Shown: positions 9,146-17,950 of the stretch, piece by piece
Layout: every line of letters begins with the position of its first letter
How positions within the stretch are numbered: the first letter of the stretch is position 1
Assembly: GCA_035655435.1 (NCBI GenBank)
Contig: DASRUN010000066.1
Location: 520 to 64,519 of the forward strand
Source: an archaeon
GTDB lineage: Archaea > Iainarchaeota > Iainarchaeia > Iainarchaeales > Iainarchaeaceae
Length of the DNA stretch: 64,000 bases
Direction of reading: 5' to 3'
Notes under the pieces: generated by a model
Seen by the model: only the letters and a program-made list of their open reading frames with translations
Told to the model about the DNA's origin: nothing
Database searches by the model: none
Translations under genes and position numbers: made by a program

Positions 9146-9263
9146 CCCTCCTTAGCTTAGTAGCTAAAGCGTCCGGCTGTAGAACGACATTACTCCTTTG
9201 GGAGAGAAAATAATCGCAAGTGCGGTTACCGGAAGACCCCCGGTGCAAATCCGGGAGGGGGGA
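9146..9263 (+). tRNA. tRNA-Tyr (GTA) with 45-nt intron
   Basis: Acceptor CCCTCCT/AGGGGGG (one G-U), D stem GCTT/AAGC, anticodon stem TCCGG/CCGGA, loop CTGTAG|A. Intron at 9183-9227. T arm CCCGG-TGCAAAT-CCGGG. Confidence 0.8.
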
Positions 9264-9345
9264 TTTTAATGTTTTACACTTTTAGACCCTCGACCCACAA
9301 ATATTAATATATTAGTTTAACTAAGTTTATGTTAGGTGGTGTTAT

Positions 9346-9606
9346 ATGGGTAAAACTGTTACAATGAATGTTAAAGTAAAGGACTATACGAATAGAGTTT
9401 TAGGAGTCGTAAAAGAAAAATACGGCCTAAAGGATAAAGGGGAGGCATTAGATAGATTTGCAGAAATGTATGGGGATGAGTATGTCGATAAAGAAGTTAG
9501 AGAAGAATACGTACAAAAACTATTGAGGATTGAAAAAGAACACTCTAAAAAGCACGGCAATAGGAGAATGAGCGATAAGAAGCTTGACAAGTTGTTCGGG
9601 AAGTGA
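9346..9606 (+). CDS. small antitoxin-like protein (resembles archaeal DUF2683-type proteins, from memory)
   Basis: 86 aa. Paralog of 51076..51318 (shared NRV(L/I).VVK.KYGLKDK..A..R.AE.YGDE). Immediately followed by a RelE-like ORF. Confidence 0.5.
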   Translation: MGKTVTMNVKVKDYTNRVLGVVKEKYGLKDKGEALDRFAEMYGDEYVDKEVREEYVQKLLRIEKEHSKKHGNRRMSDKKLDKLFGK

Positions 9607-9610
9607 ATTC

Positions 9611-9892
9611 GTGGCTCTCGAATACGACATTTCCGAAAATCTTAAGGAAATCATAAAAAAACTTGTCAAACGCGATCCGCAAAGATCAGAGATACTTTGG
9701 AAGAAAATTCGCCAAATAGTGGCTTCCGATGAATTTGTAATTGAACATTACAAAAATTTAAGGCATAATCAAAGCGATCTGAAGCGTGTGCATATTGACA
9801 AAAGTTTTGTGCTTACATTCAAATATTACAAAGACAAGAAAGTCATACTCTTTGAGGATTTTGATCATCACGACAATATTTACAGAAAGTGA
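9611..9892 (+). CDS. RelE/ParE-superfamily toxin candidate
   Basis: 93 aa from GTG 9611. KRVHIDKSFVLTFKY...ILFEDFDHHDNIY resembles the RelE-like beta-sheet core. Sits 4 nt after the antitoxin stop. Confidence 0.5.
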   Translation: MALEYDISENLKEIIKKLVKRDPQRSEILWKKIRQIVASDEFVIEHYKNLRHNQSDLKRVHIDKSFVLTFKYYKDKKVILFEDFDHHDNIYRK

Positions 9893-10006
9893 TGTCTTAA
9901 AATCTGACAAATAGCCTGAAAATAACCAATAATTTGTAATTCTCTACAAAATTTTTCATCAAACTATAAAATATACAAAAATGAAATATGTCTGGAGGTA
10001 TCACTT

Positions 10007-10153
10007 ATGGATACATTATTGGCACTAGTAGTAATATTGGCAATTCTCTGGGCATTGGGATTAATAGGTTCCATTGGCGGATCGTTGATCCACTTGTTGC
10101 TGGTAATTGCATTGATCATCATAGTATACCGTTTAGCAAAAGGCACTCTCTAA
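10007..10153 (+). CDS. lmo0937-family small membrane protein
   Basis: 48 aa, below the ORF-track cutoff: MDTLLALVVILAILWALGLIGSIGGSLIHLLLVIALIIIVYRLAKGTL. Matches the W.LG..G..GG.LIH.LLVIA pattern of that family. Confidence 0.5.
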   Translation: MDTLLALVVILAILWALGLIGSIGGSLIHLLLVIALIIIVYRLAKGTL

Positions 10154-10205
10154 AGTCGAATATTAAGTTTCTTTGGATTAATTTCTAAAGAAAGGGGGAA
10201 TTGAA

Positions 10206-10325
10206 ATGGTAAAAAGTACACGAGGTGGCAGAATGACTCAGGCAAAAAAACGCGCCGCTAAACGCCCTGGCGGAAAAGAGCCAGTCAAGAAACGCAAAGC
10301 AGGTAAAAAAATAATGCGAACCTAA
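10206..10325 (+). CDS. possible 39-aa Lys/Arg-rich peptide
   Basis: MVKSTRGGRMTQAKKRAAKRPGGKEPVKKRKAGKKIMRT, preceded by AAGGGGGAATTGAA. A hairpin plus T-run follows at about 10347-10403. Weak call. Confidence 0.2.
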   Translation: MVKSTRGGRMTQAKKRAAKRPGGKEPVKKRKAGKKIMRT

Positions 10326-10419
10326 TGCTACTGCGCTTTCCAATCAAACAGAGTGAGCATAATACATGCAAATTCCTGCGATTGCTCACTTGGTACTTTT
10401 TTTACCCCAACTTCCATAG

Positions 10420-11496
10420 TTAATCTAATTTAGTTTCCAATCCAAAAAATTCTCCATATTCATTGGCAGCTTCGCGCAAACCGGATTGTTCTTCTTTATT
10501 TAATTTTGAAAAAAGTTTTGTTGTAATTAAAATAGATTTTTTTTCAATCGTACGCTTCCACATTCCGGCAATCAATCCATCAATAACAATTGCATGGGCG
10601 AATGCAATATATCCACTCGGAGTTGAAAGATTCAAACCTGGCGGAAAGTACAACGCCTTTTTGCTTTTATATCCGATTGTGTACTCATCATAATTCGCAA
10701 GCAAATAAACTTTTTTAGAATTCTTTTTTGCAGGAACTTGTTTTGAAGAAAACCAAAATGTTTGATTTTCTACAATTTCGGATTTGAGTGCATTTTTAGC
10801 GAGTTCAATTCCTTTTTTTGTTTCCGCCATTGTCAAACCTGACCACCAAACAAAATCATACACTGTTGCCGGCCCATGCGAAGTGAAATATCTTTTAACT
10901 AATTCTTCAAGTGCTTTTTCTTGGGAAATTTCTTTTACTTTTGGAGCTCGTTCCTCTATAAGCGCGTAAGTGAATTGTTTTCCTTTTCTTGGACCGCTGC
11001 AAATAACAGCATCTAGTTCTGCTTGCGATACAATATGTGCAAGCGCCTGAGTTTGTTTGTGAATTCCGTGTTTTTTCAACACAGCTGACAATTCTGTTCT
11101 TGTTAGAAAATTTTCATTTTTCAATGCTTTTGAAATAATTGAATTTGTTTTGGTAAATAATTTTTCATCCAAGCCAAGCTTGCGATTATAATGGCCAAGG
11201 ATTTTATTCACTCTTGGAGAAGTGAGCATCTGCATCCACTTGATATCTTCCGGTGCAACAAAATGCCAAGTCGGTCGCATTACATGCGTACGTAGAATCG
11301 AACCTCTATTTAGTGCTTCATCAATTTTTTGTTCTGAATAATTTTGCAAACGAAGTGAAATCCCCCATTTTGCAGCGGGATAATCTTGCGCTTGTACCGC
11401 ACCAAGATACTTCACAGCATCGTAAGGATTTTTGAATTTTTTTTCAGAAAGCCCTTGGTTGAAAAGTCGTTGATGGAGAATATCTGCACGATCCAT
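10420..11496 (-). CDS. YcaQ/AlkZ-family winged-helix DNA glycosylase-like protein
   Basis: 358 aa. N-terminal LHQRLFNQGL...YLGAVQAQDYPAAKW contains the Q-x-Q word typical of the family. Confidence 0.7.
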   Translation of the reverse strand: MDRADILHQRLFNQGLSEKKFKNPYDAVKYLGAVQAQDYPAAKWGISLRLQNYSEQKIDEALNRGSILRTHVMRPTWHFVAPEDIKWMQMLTSPRVNKILGHYNRKLGLDEKLFTKTNSIISKALKNENFLTRTELSAVLKKHGIHKQTQALAHIVSQAELDAVICSGPRKGKQFTYALIEERAPKVKEISQEKALEELVKRYFTSHGPATVYDFVWWSGLTMAETKKGIELAKNALKSEIVENQTFWFSSKQVPAKKNSKKVYLLANYDEYTIGYKSKKALYFPPGLNLSTPSGYIAFAHAIVIDGLIAGMWKRTIEKKSILITTKLFSKLNKEEQSGLREAANEYGEFFGLETKLD

Positions 11497-11520
11497 ACAA
11501 ACACAACTAGATCTGATTTT

Positions 11521-12486
11521 TTATTTTTTATTTTTTGGTTTCTTTTGTATTTCTGCCGCCGCTTCTGTTTCTTTTAATTCTTTATGCGATTTCCAAAAGA
11601 AATATCCTATTACTCCAAATGTTATGAGCGGAGAAACATATTGAGGGATGTGGAAACCGAATGCATCCAAGAGCATTATTGTTCCGAGCGCGAAGATTGA
11701 GTACATTGCACCGTTTTTCAAATACCTATATTTTTTCACATTTTCAATATTGTGGATTGTGAGTTCTCTAACCACAAATGCGCCTATTCCGTTTCCGATT
11801 AAAATAAGCGGAACTGAAAGAGTGAATGCGAACGCCCCTATAACACCGTCAATGGAAAAGGTTGCGTCAATGACCTCAAGATACATTATTTTGCTCATGT
11901 CCGACATATTATTTTCTCCGCTTATGAGTTTGCGTTCTTGGGATTCGGCGTTTTCTTTAAAACCGTGAGTTATGAAAAATGCGGTTGATCCAACAATCGC
12001 GCCAAATGCCATTAATGCGTTCTGTTGAAGCGCAAACCAAACTATCAGCGCGAGAAGAATTGATACAATAGCAAAAAACCAGATGCCATAATTTTGCACG
12101 GTTTTTTCGGCAAACAAACCATAATTTTTTGGTTCAATGAAAAGCCAATGGAGGAAAAGGAACAATAGGAATACTCCTCCCCCTGCAAGTAGAACCGGTT
12201 TGGACGCTTCTACCGATTCGATAATCAGCGGATCGGAACTGAATGTTGCTGTAAGGGCTTCAATTGGGCCAAGTGTTGGATTTGCAACCCAAACTATGAG
12301 CCATGGAAGCAAACCGCGCACCAAAAAAACTGCTATGAGCAAGCCCCAAACCAAAAACCAGCGCCTTGCCTTTTGCGACATTTTTGAAAGAACATCCGCA
12401 TTAATTACGGCATTGTCTATCGAGGTTATTGTTTCGAAAAGAACCAAACCTAAAACAGTGAGTATTAGTGGAAAAAAATCAATCAT
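11521..12486 (-). CDS. DUF475/TerC-like integral membrane protein
   Basis: 321 aa. TSIDNAVINA and FSIDGVIGAFAFT repeats. Multi-pass membrane protein. Confidence 0.6.
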   Translation of the reverse strand: MIDFFPLILTVLGLVLFETITSIDNAVINADVLSKMSQKARRWFLVWGLLIAVFLVRGLLPWLIVWVANPTLGPIEALTATFSSDPLIIESVEASKPVLLAGGGVFLLFLFLHWLFIEPKNYGLFAEKTVQNYGIWFFAIVSILLALIVWFALQQNALMAFGAIVGSTAFFITHGFKENAESQERKLISGENNMSDMSKIMYLEVIDATFSIDGVIGAFAFTLSVPLILIGNGIGAFVVRELTIHNIENVKKYRYLKNGAMYSIFALGTIMLLDAFGFHIPQYVSPLITFGVIGYFFWKSHKELKETEAAAEIQKKPKNKK

Positions 12487-12515
12487 GGCAAGAGAAATTC
12501 ACTTAAAAACAATAT

Positions 12516-13208
12516 TTAATTGTTTCCCAAGAATTTTTTTCTTTCTTTTTTCGAAAATTTTTCAATGGCATAACGGAGCATTGTTCGGGGCATTTTTTTG
12601 GAATTTTTTTCCAAAAATTTTATCAAAACTTTTTTGTCGCGCTTGCCGATTTCGCGGAGCATCCATCCAACTGCTTTGTGGATCAGATCGTGAGTATCAT
12701 TGAGAAGAATTTCGGAAATTTTTAATGTGTCCTCAAAGGAATTATTTTTGATGAAATGGAAAGTAGTTATTATTGCCACTCTCCTTTTCCAAAGGTTTTC
12801 CGATATTGCAAATTTGTAAAGAATTTTTTTGTCGCGGTTGATTAAATACGGACCGGCAATCTTGTCGGCTACACAATCAACCAAATCCCAATTGTTAGTG
12901 TATCTTATGTTTGAAATGTAAAAATCGTAAATTTTTTTCCTTTCTTTTACTTCGGCTTTTTGGAATTTGTAAACAAGAACAAAAAGTGCAGCCATTCTTT
13001 CTTCGTGGAACTTTGATTGAAGAGATTTTGTTACTTCAGCAAGCGGAATATCAACGAATTTTTTTGCAACAGCCCTTGTTTCAGGAACTGTTACGCCAAG
13101 AAAAACATCCCCAAAACCATATTCTCCCTTTCCGGTTTTGAAGAATCTCTTGTAGACCTCAACCTTCTCCCAGGTGGCAAACTCTTTCAGCTCGCTTTGA
13201 ATGGACAT
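12516..13208 (-). CDS. DNA alkylation repair protein (AlkD-like HEAT repeat)
   Basis: YKRFFKTGKGEYGFGDVFLGVTVPETRAVAKKF is characteristic of this family. The ORF-track start at 13247 is probably too far upstream. Confidence 0.7.
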   Translation of the reverse strand: MSIQSELKEFATWEKVEVYKRFFKTGKGEYGFGDVFLGVTVPETRAVAKKFVDIPLAEVTKSLQSKFHEERMAALFVLVYKFQKAEVKERKKIYDFYISNIRYTNNWDLVDCVADKIAGPYLINRDKKILYKFAISENLWKRRVAIITTFHFIKNNSFEDTLKISEILLNDTHDLIHKAVGWMLREIGKRDKKVLIKFLEKNSKKMPRTMLRYAIEKFSKKERKKFLGNN

Positions 13209-13297
13209 TAAACAAGATTTGGGGCATTGGGTTAAAAACATTCGCAAACCCGGGTGCCGGTGCGGATAATAAAGGTTTTTCGGAGAAGAGTTTCATA

Positions 13298-14224
13298 ATG
13301 CACAAAACTTTCATTCCGGAAGAGTTCAGGGAAAAGTACTCGAAAATAATGGGTTCCGAATCTGAAAAATTCTTTGAATATTGCACAATAAAAATTCCGA
13401 AGAGCATTTGGGTTAACTCGCTCAAAATACGACCGAGTTTTTTGGTTACAGAACTTCGAAAAAAAGATTGGAAACTTGAAGAACTTTTTCACGAAAATGC
13501 TTATTCTTTGAACGGAGTTGAAAAACCCGGGCAGGCGGAGCAATACAAAAACGGTTTGTTCAATTTGCAGGAAAAAAGTTCCATGCTTCCCGCAATTGTA
13601 CTTGATCCCGAAAAAAAAGATTTGGTTTTGGATGCAACCGCTGCCCCTGGAAATAAAACTCTGCAGCTTAGTTGCTTGATGGAAGGATATGGAAAAGTTG
13701 TTGCGGTGGAAAAGAATATACAGCGCTACAAGAGCCTTTCGTTTAATTTGAAAAAATTTGGAATGAGAAATGTAATTGCAAAAAGAATGGATTTGCTTGA
13801 TGCGAGAAAAAATAATCTTTTTGACAAAGTTCTTTTGGACGCACCGTGCTCAAGCGAGGGATTGGTGAGAAAAGATTTTACCGCTTTGAAGGAATGGAAC
13901 CAGACATTGGTTTGGAAAAAATCCGATCTGCAGAAAAACCTGATCAGAAAATCTTTGCAATTGCTGAAAAAAGGAGGAGAACTTGTTTATAGCACTTGTT
14001 CATTATCTCCAGAAGAAAATGAGGAAGTGATAAACATGCTTGTAGAGGAAGGAAAGACTGAAGTGTTGGAAACTAAAATAAAGAATTTTAAAACAAGAAA
14101 CGGTTTGACAAATTACAATGGAAAAAAGTATGATTCTTCATTGAAAAAATGTGTGAGAATATATCCGCAGGACAATGATTCGCAGGCATTTTTCATTGCA
14201 AAAATAACCAAAACTGCTACATAA
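13298..14224 (+). CDS. NOL1/NOP2/Sun-family RNA cytosine-C5 methyltransferase
   Basis: DATAAPGNKT (SAM site), LLDAPCSSEG and YSTCSLSPEENE motifs with the two catalytic Cys residues. Confidence 0.8.
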   Translation: MHKTFIPEEFREKYSKIMGSESEKFFEYCTIKIPKSIWVNSLKIRPSFLVTELRKKDWKLEELFHENAYSLNGVEKPGQAEQYKNGLFNLQEKSSMLPAIVLDPEKKDLVLDATAAPGNKTLQLSCLMEGYGKVVAVEKNIQRYKSLSFNLKKFGMRNVIAKRMDLLDARKNNLFDKVLLDAPCSSEGLVRKDFTALKEWNQTLVWKKSDLQKNLIRKSLQLLKKGGELVYSTCSLSPEENEEVINMLVEEGKTEVLETKIKNFKTRNGLTNYNGKKYDSSLKKCVRIYPQDNDSQAFFIAKITKTAT

Positions 14225-14292
14225 TAGATTGTTGTTTTCCGAAAACCCATTTAAATCTTTGCAAATTACAATTAATCAGACACTTCTTTAAT

Positions 14293-14364
14293 GCCCGTAT
14301 AGTATATCGGTTAGTATACAGCCCTGTCAAGGCTGTGGGCCGGGTCCGACTCCCGGTGCGGGCG
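14293..14364 (+). tRNA. tRNA-Asp (GTC)
   Basis: 72 nt. Acceptor GCCCGTA/TGCGGGC, anticodon stem CAGCC/GGCTG, loop CTGTCAA, T arm CCGGG-TCCGACT-CCCGG. Confidence 0.8.
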
Positions 14365-14471
14365 AATCTCACTTTCTAAAATCACCGCTTCTACATTGCA
14401 AAAAAAATATTCAGACAATTACTGGGATCCAGTAGATAGCTTAATATAATAGATTAGGTTTTATAAGAAGG

Positions 14472-16154
14472 ATGAATAGGAATTTAATTTTCATTCTGGC
14501 TCTTGTCTTGTTTGCAGGATCGGCTTTTGCGGTGCACACAACAACTGTGCTCTTTCCAAGCGACTCTAATAATTTAACAGGGACTGTCGGAATAAAATTT
14601 AACATTACTGATGGCAATTTTGTTGCTGCAACCTATGATGTGAATGTTACGATTGCGGTGAGCACATCTGCAGGTGCATTTACAACTTATTTGGTGCGAG
14701 ATGTTAATGCGAACGCTTATTGTGGCGCAGCTGCAAATTATGCAGATGTGAACTGTACATACACTTTCGATACAACTACTGTTGCTGATGGAAACTATTT
14801 TGTTGATATTAACGCAATTACTCTTTTAACCACAATTGACAGCAACAGCATGACAAATGACTGGAACAGCACGATAGATTCTTCAAATAGTTCTTTTAGC
14901 ATTGACAACAGTGGGCCTACCATTTCAAGCCCTTCACCAAGCGGCTTTGTTGATCCGAGCGTTACAATGTCAGTAATTACTAATGAGAGTGCCACTTGTA
15001 GATATGATTCTTTAGATGTTGCCTATGCCTCAATGGGTGCAGGAACTACTTCAGGTTTAGGAACAAGCCATTCATGGAACCTTACATTTACGGCAGCGGA
15101 AGGTTTGAAAACCTTCTATATTAGGTGCATAAACACCCCGGGGGTTACAAGCACTGGAACTACTATATCTTTTACAGTAAGGTCTGCAGGTGGGTCCGGA
15201 GGGTCTTTTTGCGGCGATAACATTTGTGATTCTAGCGAGAGCGCAGCAACATGTGCTGCTGACTGCCCTGCTGTGTGCGGAGACGGGACATGCACCGGAA
15301 CTGAGAGCAAGAACACTTGCCCGGCAGATTGTGGCGTTGGGGTTATTTGCGGCGACAATACATGTGGACAGGGAGAAAACTTCAATATTTGTCCAAGCGA
15401 CTGCGAAGCCCCTATTGGACAAAAAGTAAGGGAAACTGTTTTGAGCAGGGAAATGAAAGGAAAGCCGACTCCTGATGACATTGCGAGAATTCTGGAAGCC
15501 GCAGGCGCTTCTGAAAATGCTGTTGAAAAAGCAAGAGCTGCATTAAGCGAAACAAATGTTCAAAGAAATATAGAAGTGGTGAAGGAAACTGAAAACGGAA
15601 AAACAACTTTCACAACAATAATAGAATTGGTTGTCCAAAATAATTCCTGGAAGGATCTCGAAAATGTAACAGTTATTGAGGAAATTCCAAAACAAGTCCT
15701 TGAGAACGCAAATAATGTCAAAAGCGCCGTGGAATTTACAATACTTAACTCAGACCCCATAATAGCATTCGAATTTGGAAGCATGAATGCGGGAGACACA
15801 AGCTCTGTCAAGTACAGCATTGACAAACAGGTTTCCGAAAGCGACATTGAATTGTTCGCGCCAGCCTTTGTAAGCGGCTTTGCAGAAATACAAAATAGTT
15901 TGACATGCAGCGAATTGAATTGTGATGATTATAATCCATGTACTGTTGACAGTTGTGAAAACAGCAGGTGTTTCAATGTTCCAAAACAGAATGGAGAATC
16001 ATGTGGAACCGGAATGGTTTGCAGATCCGGAGAATGTGTTGAAAGTAGTTCCGTTACAGTTGTAGAACCGCCACAAGACAACACTCTTTTGATAATAATA
16101 GGCGGAATAATTATAGTAGCGGTTCTGGCATACTTTTTTTATTCAAAAAAATGA
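14472..16154 (+). CDS. secreted surface protein with CGDGxC...DC repeats and C-terminal TM anchor
   Basis: 560 aa. Signal peptide. Three tandem CGD(N/G).C...E....C..DC modules (15210-15404). C-terminal hydrophobic helix plus YSKK. Confidence 0.6.
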   Translation: MNRNLIFILALVLFAGSAFAVHTTTVLFPSDSNNLTGTVGIKFNITDGNFVAATYDVNVTIAVSTSAGAFTTYLVRDVNANAYCGAAANYADVNCTYTFDTTTVADGNYFVDINAITLLTTIDSNSMTNDWNSTIDSSNSSFSIDNSGPTISSPSPSGFVDPSVTMSVITNESATCRYDSLDVAYASMGAGTTSGLGTSHSWNLTFTAAEGLKTFYIRCINTPGVTSTGTTISFTVRSAGGSGGSFCGDNICDSSESAATCAADCPAVCGDGTCTGTESKNTCPADCGVGVICGDNTCGQGENFNICPSDCEAPIGQKVRETVLSREMKGKPTPDDIARILEAAGASENAVEKARAALSETNVQRNIEVVKETENGKTTFTTIIELVVQNNSWKDLENVTVIEEIPKQVLENANNVKSAVEFTILNSDPIIAFEFGSMNAGDTSSVKYSIDKQVSESDIELFAPAFVSGFAEIQNSLTCSELNCDDYNPCTVDSCENSRCFNVPKQNGESCGTGMVCRSGECVESSSVTVVEPPQDNTLLIIIGGIIIVAVLAYFFYSKK

Positions 16155-16174
16155 TTATCAAGTTTTTTAGTTAA

Positions 16175-17941
16175 ATGTTTATGAAAAATAGGTTGGCATT
16201 TATCATATTATTTTTCCTGTTTTTGGCATCTTTGCCCCAAATTGTTTTCGCAGTCTGTGGAAATTCGCAATGTGAGGATGGCGAAAACGCGTGCAGTTGC
16301 CCTTCCGATTGCGGCTCCTGCTCCGGAGAAGTTTCCAACAGAAGCTGTGCAACATATTATTGTACCGAAGAAAAAATTTGTGCCATTGAAATTATTCCCA
16401 ATTGTTGCGGAAACGACTGGTGCGAGGAAAGCGGATCTTATGCCGAGAGCTTTGGGAATTGCCCGACGGACTGCCAACCAACGGAAGTAAACCTCAGTAT
16501 TTTAAGCCCTGAAAGCGGTTCAAAAATCAGATACGGGGAGGAAACACTTTACAAGGTTAGAGCGGATGCAAATGGGAGAAGCATTGCAGGAATAACGGTC
16601 AAGGTAAACGGGCCTTTTGAAACGTTTGAATTGTCCAATGATGGCTTGCATGATGATAACGCATTCAATGACAATATACTGGCGGCTTACAACAAAATTG
16701 CCGCGGGAATAGAATCGGGTTTTTATGACATAAATTTTTTCACTTCATTCAGGGGCATTGACGGAAATTCTAGTGTAATAATAGAATTGTATCCCTTTAT
16801 TGATGTAGATCTTGTTCTTCCGGCCGAAACCGAACTTGGAAACATGATCACGGCAAACGCAAAATTTTCAATAAACGAAAAGCCGGTGAACGCAAACATA
16901 CATATTTCTTTGGAAAACGAAACCGGAGAGACAGTGGCGGAAAAGTCCATGGAATCGGATGATACAGGAGAAATCATTTTTGAATACAGGACGACGTTTA
17001 TTGACAAACCTGGAAAATGGATTTTTAGAATAACCGGAAATGACGAGTATGGAAATAGTTTTGATTTAAACAGAATAATCGCAGTTGTGGAGCTCGGTAA
17101 TATCCCGGAAAGAAAACTATTGCTCTCGAAAACACTAAATGACTCATACGAAGCAGGGGAAAACATTTTACTGGTGGTTAACCTGACTGAAAACGGAGCT
17201 CCTTTGGAGAACGTAATTGTCCGGGCTGAATTGAACAAAACCAAGGTAGAATTAAAACACATTGGCGGCAATGAGTACGCGGGATCAATAAAAGTTGAGA
17301 GAGTTAGAGAACAAGATGAAAATATTGTTGTCAAGGTATTTAATGCCGGTGGCGGCTTGATTGCGCAAAAAAGTTTTTCGGTAAAATTGAGACTTGGCGA
17401 ACTCTTGATTGAAGTACTGGAACCAAAAGAAAAATTGTATGAACAGGGCCAAAGAATAGAATTCAAAATAGTGGTTGTGAACAGCGCGAACGAACTTGAA
17501 ACAGGATTAGAGCCTTACGTGATTTTCAATAGCAAAAAAATTTTTTTGAAGGAACAGAACTCCGGGGTTTATTCGGGAACTTATGTGCTGGGAGAAGGTG
17601 ACTTTGGAGAAGTTCTGGCAAACTTTTTTTCAGAATCGGATGGAGTAAAAGGGGAAAAATCTGTTTCTTTTTTTGTAACGGAGAAAACACTCTTTTCCGA
17701 AACCGAACAAAAGATTCCGGAAATATTCTTTGCAATCGCAATTATTTTTGGAATAGGAATGGCGGCATATGTGTACCAGGGCAAAATAAATATGAAAACC
17801 GGGAGACACGAACGCCTCGGCGAGCTTGAAGAGCTTGAAAAGACCGCACAAACAAAATACTTTAGAGAAAAGACGATCAACAAAAAAGAATATAATGAGT
17901 TAATGGAGAAATATTCAAAGGAACGAAGGGAGCTAAAGTAA
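16175..17941 (+). CDS. secreted surface protein with Cys-rich N-terminal modules, TM and cytoplasmic coiled tail
   Basis: 588 aa. Signal peptide. CGNSQCEDGENACSCPSDC and CCGNDWCEE...CPTDC modules. A TM helix near residue 520, then a K/E-rich tail. Confidence 0.6.
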   Translation: MFMKNRLAFIILFFLFLASLPQIVFAVCGNSQCEDGENACSCPSDCGSCSGEVSNRSCATYYCTEEKICAIEIIPNCCGNDWCEESGSYAESFGNCPTDCQPTEVNLSILSPESGSKIRYGEETLYKVRADANGRSIAGITVKVNGPFETFELSNDGLHDDNAFNDNILAAYNKIAAGIESGFYDINFFTSFRGIDGNSSVIIELYPFIDVDLVLPAETELGNMITANAKFSINEKPVNANIHISLENETGETVAEKSMESDDTGEIIFEYRTTFIDKPGKWIFRITGNDEYGNSFDLNRIIAVVELGNIPERKLLLSKTLNDSYEAGENILLVVNLTENGAPLENVIVRAELNKTKVELKHIGGNEYAGSIKVERVREQDENIVVKVFNAGGGLIAQKSFSVKLRLGELLIEVLEPKEKLYEQGQRIEFKIVVVNSANELETGLEPYVIFNSKKIFLKEQNSGVYSGTYVLGEGDFGEVLANFFSESDGVKGEKSVSFFVTEKTLFSETEQKIPEIFFAIAIIFGIGMAAYVYQGKINMKTGRHERLGELEELEKTAQTKYFREKTINKKEYNELMEKYSKERRELK

Positions 17942-17950
17942 GGTGTTGTT

